Assembly: GCA_963701965.1 (NCBI GenBank)
Contig: OY969695.1
Coordinates: forward strand, 4,544,001-4,608,000
Length of the DNA: 64,000 nt
Reading direction: 5' to 3'
From: an uncultured Gemmatimonadales bacterium
Lineage (GTDB): Bacteria; Gemmatimonadota; Gemmatimonadetes; Gemmatimonadales; Gemmatimonadaceae
Part shown: positions 62,188-64,000 of the stretch, one piece after another
Numbering within the stretch: the stretch's first letter is position 1
Layout of the letters: each line of letters begins with the position of its first letter
Made by a program: the position numbers and the translations under genes
Notes under the pieces: model-generated
What the model saw: only the letters and a program-made list of their open reading frames with translations
What the model was told of the DNA's origin: nothing
The model's database searches: none

Positions 62188-63444
62188 GTGCTGCGACCGC
62201 CACCGGCTGTGCTCGACATCTGCGATACCCTGGAGCGCGCCGGGTTCGACACCTGGTGTGTCGGCGGCGCGGTGCGCGACGCGTTGCTCGGCCTGCCGAA
62301 CGCCGATTGGGATCTGGCCACGGCCGCCACGCCCCAGCAAATCATGCGCCTCTTCAAGCGCACCGTGAAGCTCGGCGTGGAGCACGGCACGGTCGGAGTG
62401 CTGGACCGCGCCAACCGCGCCCATGAGGTGACGACGTTTCGCCGGGACGTGGAGACCGACGGCCGGCATGCCCGCGTCGCCTTCGGCGTCTCGCTCGATG
62501 AAGATCTCGCCCGCCGCGATTTCACGATCAATGCGATCGCCTACAAACCACGGACCGAGGTGCTGCGCGATCCGTTCGCGGGGCGCGAGGACCTGGCCCG
62601 CGGCGTCATTCGCGCCGTTGGCCGGCCGGCCGACCGGATGCGCGAGGACCGGCTGCGCGCGTTACGGGCCATCCGGTTCGCCGCCCGTTTCGCGTTCACC
62701 ATCGACGACGCCACCTGGGCCGCCGTCGTCGCCAGCGTGCCGGATCTCCCGCGGTTGTCGCCCGAGCGCGTGACGCAGGAACTGGAAAAGACCATGGAGC
62801 AGGTGCGGCGTCCGTCGCTGGCATTGGAGCGCTGGCGCGCCTCCGGTGCGCTGCGCGCACTGGCCCCGCCGCTTGGCGACATGGACGATCGTACGATCGC
62901 GTCGCTGGACTGCCTGCCGATGCCGGGACTCGGGCCGCGACGCGAGGCCCGGCGCGAGAACCGGTTGAGCGCGCTCTTCTGGGGGTTGGACGGCGAGACG
63001 GCACGGAATGCCGGCCTGGCCCTGCGGTTTTCCCGGCGGCGCGCCGACTGGATCGGCGCGCTGGCCGACGCGTGGCGGCGACTGGGTCCCGGGATCGAGC
63101 GCGCGCTGGACGCCGGTCTCGCGCCCGACCAGGCGCAGGTGCGCCGCTGGGTGGCCGCGGTGGGCCGGACGCGCACGGACGCCTTCTGGCGGATCGTGGC
63201 GGCCCGCCAGGCCGGCGATGCACGGTTCGTGCGCCGGATCTATCGCCGGGCGATCCGGACCGCGTTTCGCGATCCGGTCGAGATCGGTGACTTGGCCATC
63301 GACGGCAACGATATCCAACGCCTCGGCATCGCCCCGGGCCCTCGAATGCGTGAGATTTTGGAGTCCCTCCTCAATGCCGTGCTCACCGACCCATCCCTCA
63401 ATACCCCGGATCAACTGATGGCGTTGACCGCGCGCTGGCGCTGA
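62188..63444 (+). CDS. cca: CCA-adding tRNA nucleotidyltransferase family protein
   Basis: VGGAVRD, DWD, EVTTFR, DLARRDFTINA, EDRLRALRAIRF, LAIDGND. Confidence 0.93.
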   Translation: MLRPPPAVLDICDTLERAGFDTWCVGGAVRDALLGLPNADWDLATAATPQQIMRLFKRTVKLGVEHGTVGVLDRANRAHEVTTFRRDVETDGRHARVAFGVSLDEDLARRDFTINAIAYKPRTEVLRDPFAGREDLARGVIRAVGRPADRMREDRLRALRAIRFAARFAFTIDDATWAAVVASVPDLPRLSPERVTQELEKTMEQVRRPSLALERWRASGALRALAPPLGDMDDRTIASLDCLPMPGLGPRREARRENRLSALFWGLDGETARNAGLALRFSRRRADWIGALADAWRRLGPGIERALDAGLAPDQAQVRRWVAAVGRTRTDAFWRIVAARQAGDARFVRRIYRRAIRTAFRDPVEIGDLAIDGNDIQRLGIAPGPRMREILESLLNAVLTDPSLNTPDQLMALTARWR

Positions 63445-63980
63445 TGTTCTTTCGCGGCCGGCAACCCGAGACATCGATCTGGCGCCGTTTCCGCTCCGGT
63501 CTCGACGGATTCACGTTCGAGAAGGACGACGGCCACTATACGGCCCACGTCGTGGCCAACGCCGAGCGCGTCGTCGATCTCTTCTACGTCCTCGCCGAGC
63601 ATCTGCCGCCGGCCGTCGACGTGGCGATCGATGATCTCCGCGGCCAGCAGTCGTGGCGCGGCGAGCGGGCCGCGCTCCCCGACGTACAGGACGCGATCGG
63701 CCGCCTCAAGATCCCATTGGCCGCCATCGGCGGCGTCGAGTTCTCCGTGTTCTCGGCCGACGACCAGCTGACCCTGAATCCCCAGCTCGAGCTCTTCATC
63801 TACGCCCGGAGCGACCGGTGGTACTATCTCCTCGCCGGCATGGGACTCGAAGAACGCCGCACGGTCCCCAGCAAGAGCGCGCGGCAGCCGCGGCGCGCGT
63901 ATGACCCCGCGCCCCAGCTCAGCGATGCCCTGATGGCGGCCGCGACGCGCTTAGGGCTTGCGCCGGCGCCGACGGCGTGA
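63444..63980 (+). CDS. Hypothetical protein
   Basis: TGATG-coupled to cca; globular composition; no motif recognised. Confidence 0.72.
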   Translation: MFFRGRQPETSIWRRFRSGLDGFTFEKDDGHYTAHVVANAERVVDLFYVLAEHLPPAVDVAIDDLRGQQSWRGERAALPDVQDAIGRLKIPLAAIGGVEFSVFSADDQLTLNPQLELFIYARSDRWYYLLAGMGLEERRTVPSKSARQPRRAYDPAPQLSDALMAAATRLGLAPAPTA

Positions 63981-64000
63981 CCCCGGCGCGCCGACGGGTC

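Overview
High-GC bacterial chromosomal segment; gene content and order suggest Gemmatimonadota (inference, not a database result). It is mostly core genes in coupled + strand operons: secA(5'-partial)-radC-rel-uvrB-tsaE-tsaB-rimI-ssb; ccsA-like/sirC-like/hemA/epimerase/tol-pal/tatC/lptD; hutH-hutU-radical SAM-hutI; large TPR protein-polyprenyl synthase; TPR-aroQ-M24 peptidase-accB-pilT-accC-comB-ftsK; yraN-recA-recX-alaS-PHP phosphatase-asparaginase; cca. There are two accessory patches. The first (9.9-16.7 kb) holds a secreted aspartyl protease, an MBL hydrolase, a GNAT, an 867-aa all-coiled-coil protein, a ~92-bp palindromic tandem repeat and a lipoprotein. The second (51.4-54.5 kb) holds a broken FAD monooxygenase and a candidate sigma54-driven secreted Ig-like/JAB-like toxin plus immunity pair split at a C6 run. 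No rRNA, tRNA, CRISPR array or transposase was seen. Best leads: the toxin/immunity module, the radical SAM enzyme inside the hut operon, an SgmX-like TPR protein with a basic KRVSG repeat (with PilT and a TsaP-like protein nearby), a GTTC-N7-GTTC box in the recA promoter, a long G-U-rich recA-recX hairpin and several probable leaderless promoters. Several single-base indels (hutH, monooxygenase, yraN) may be sequencing errors.
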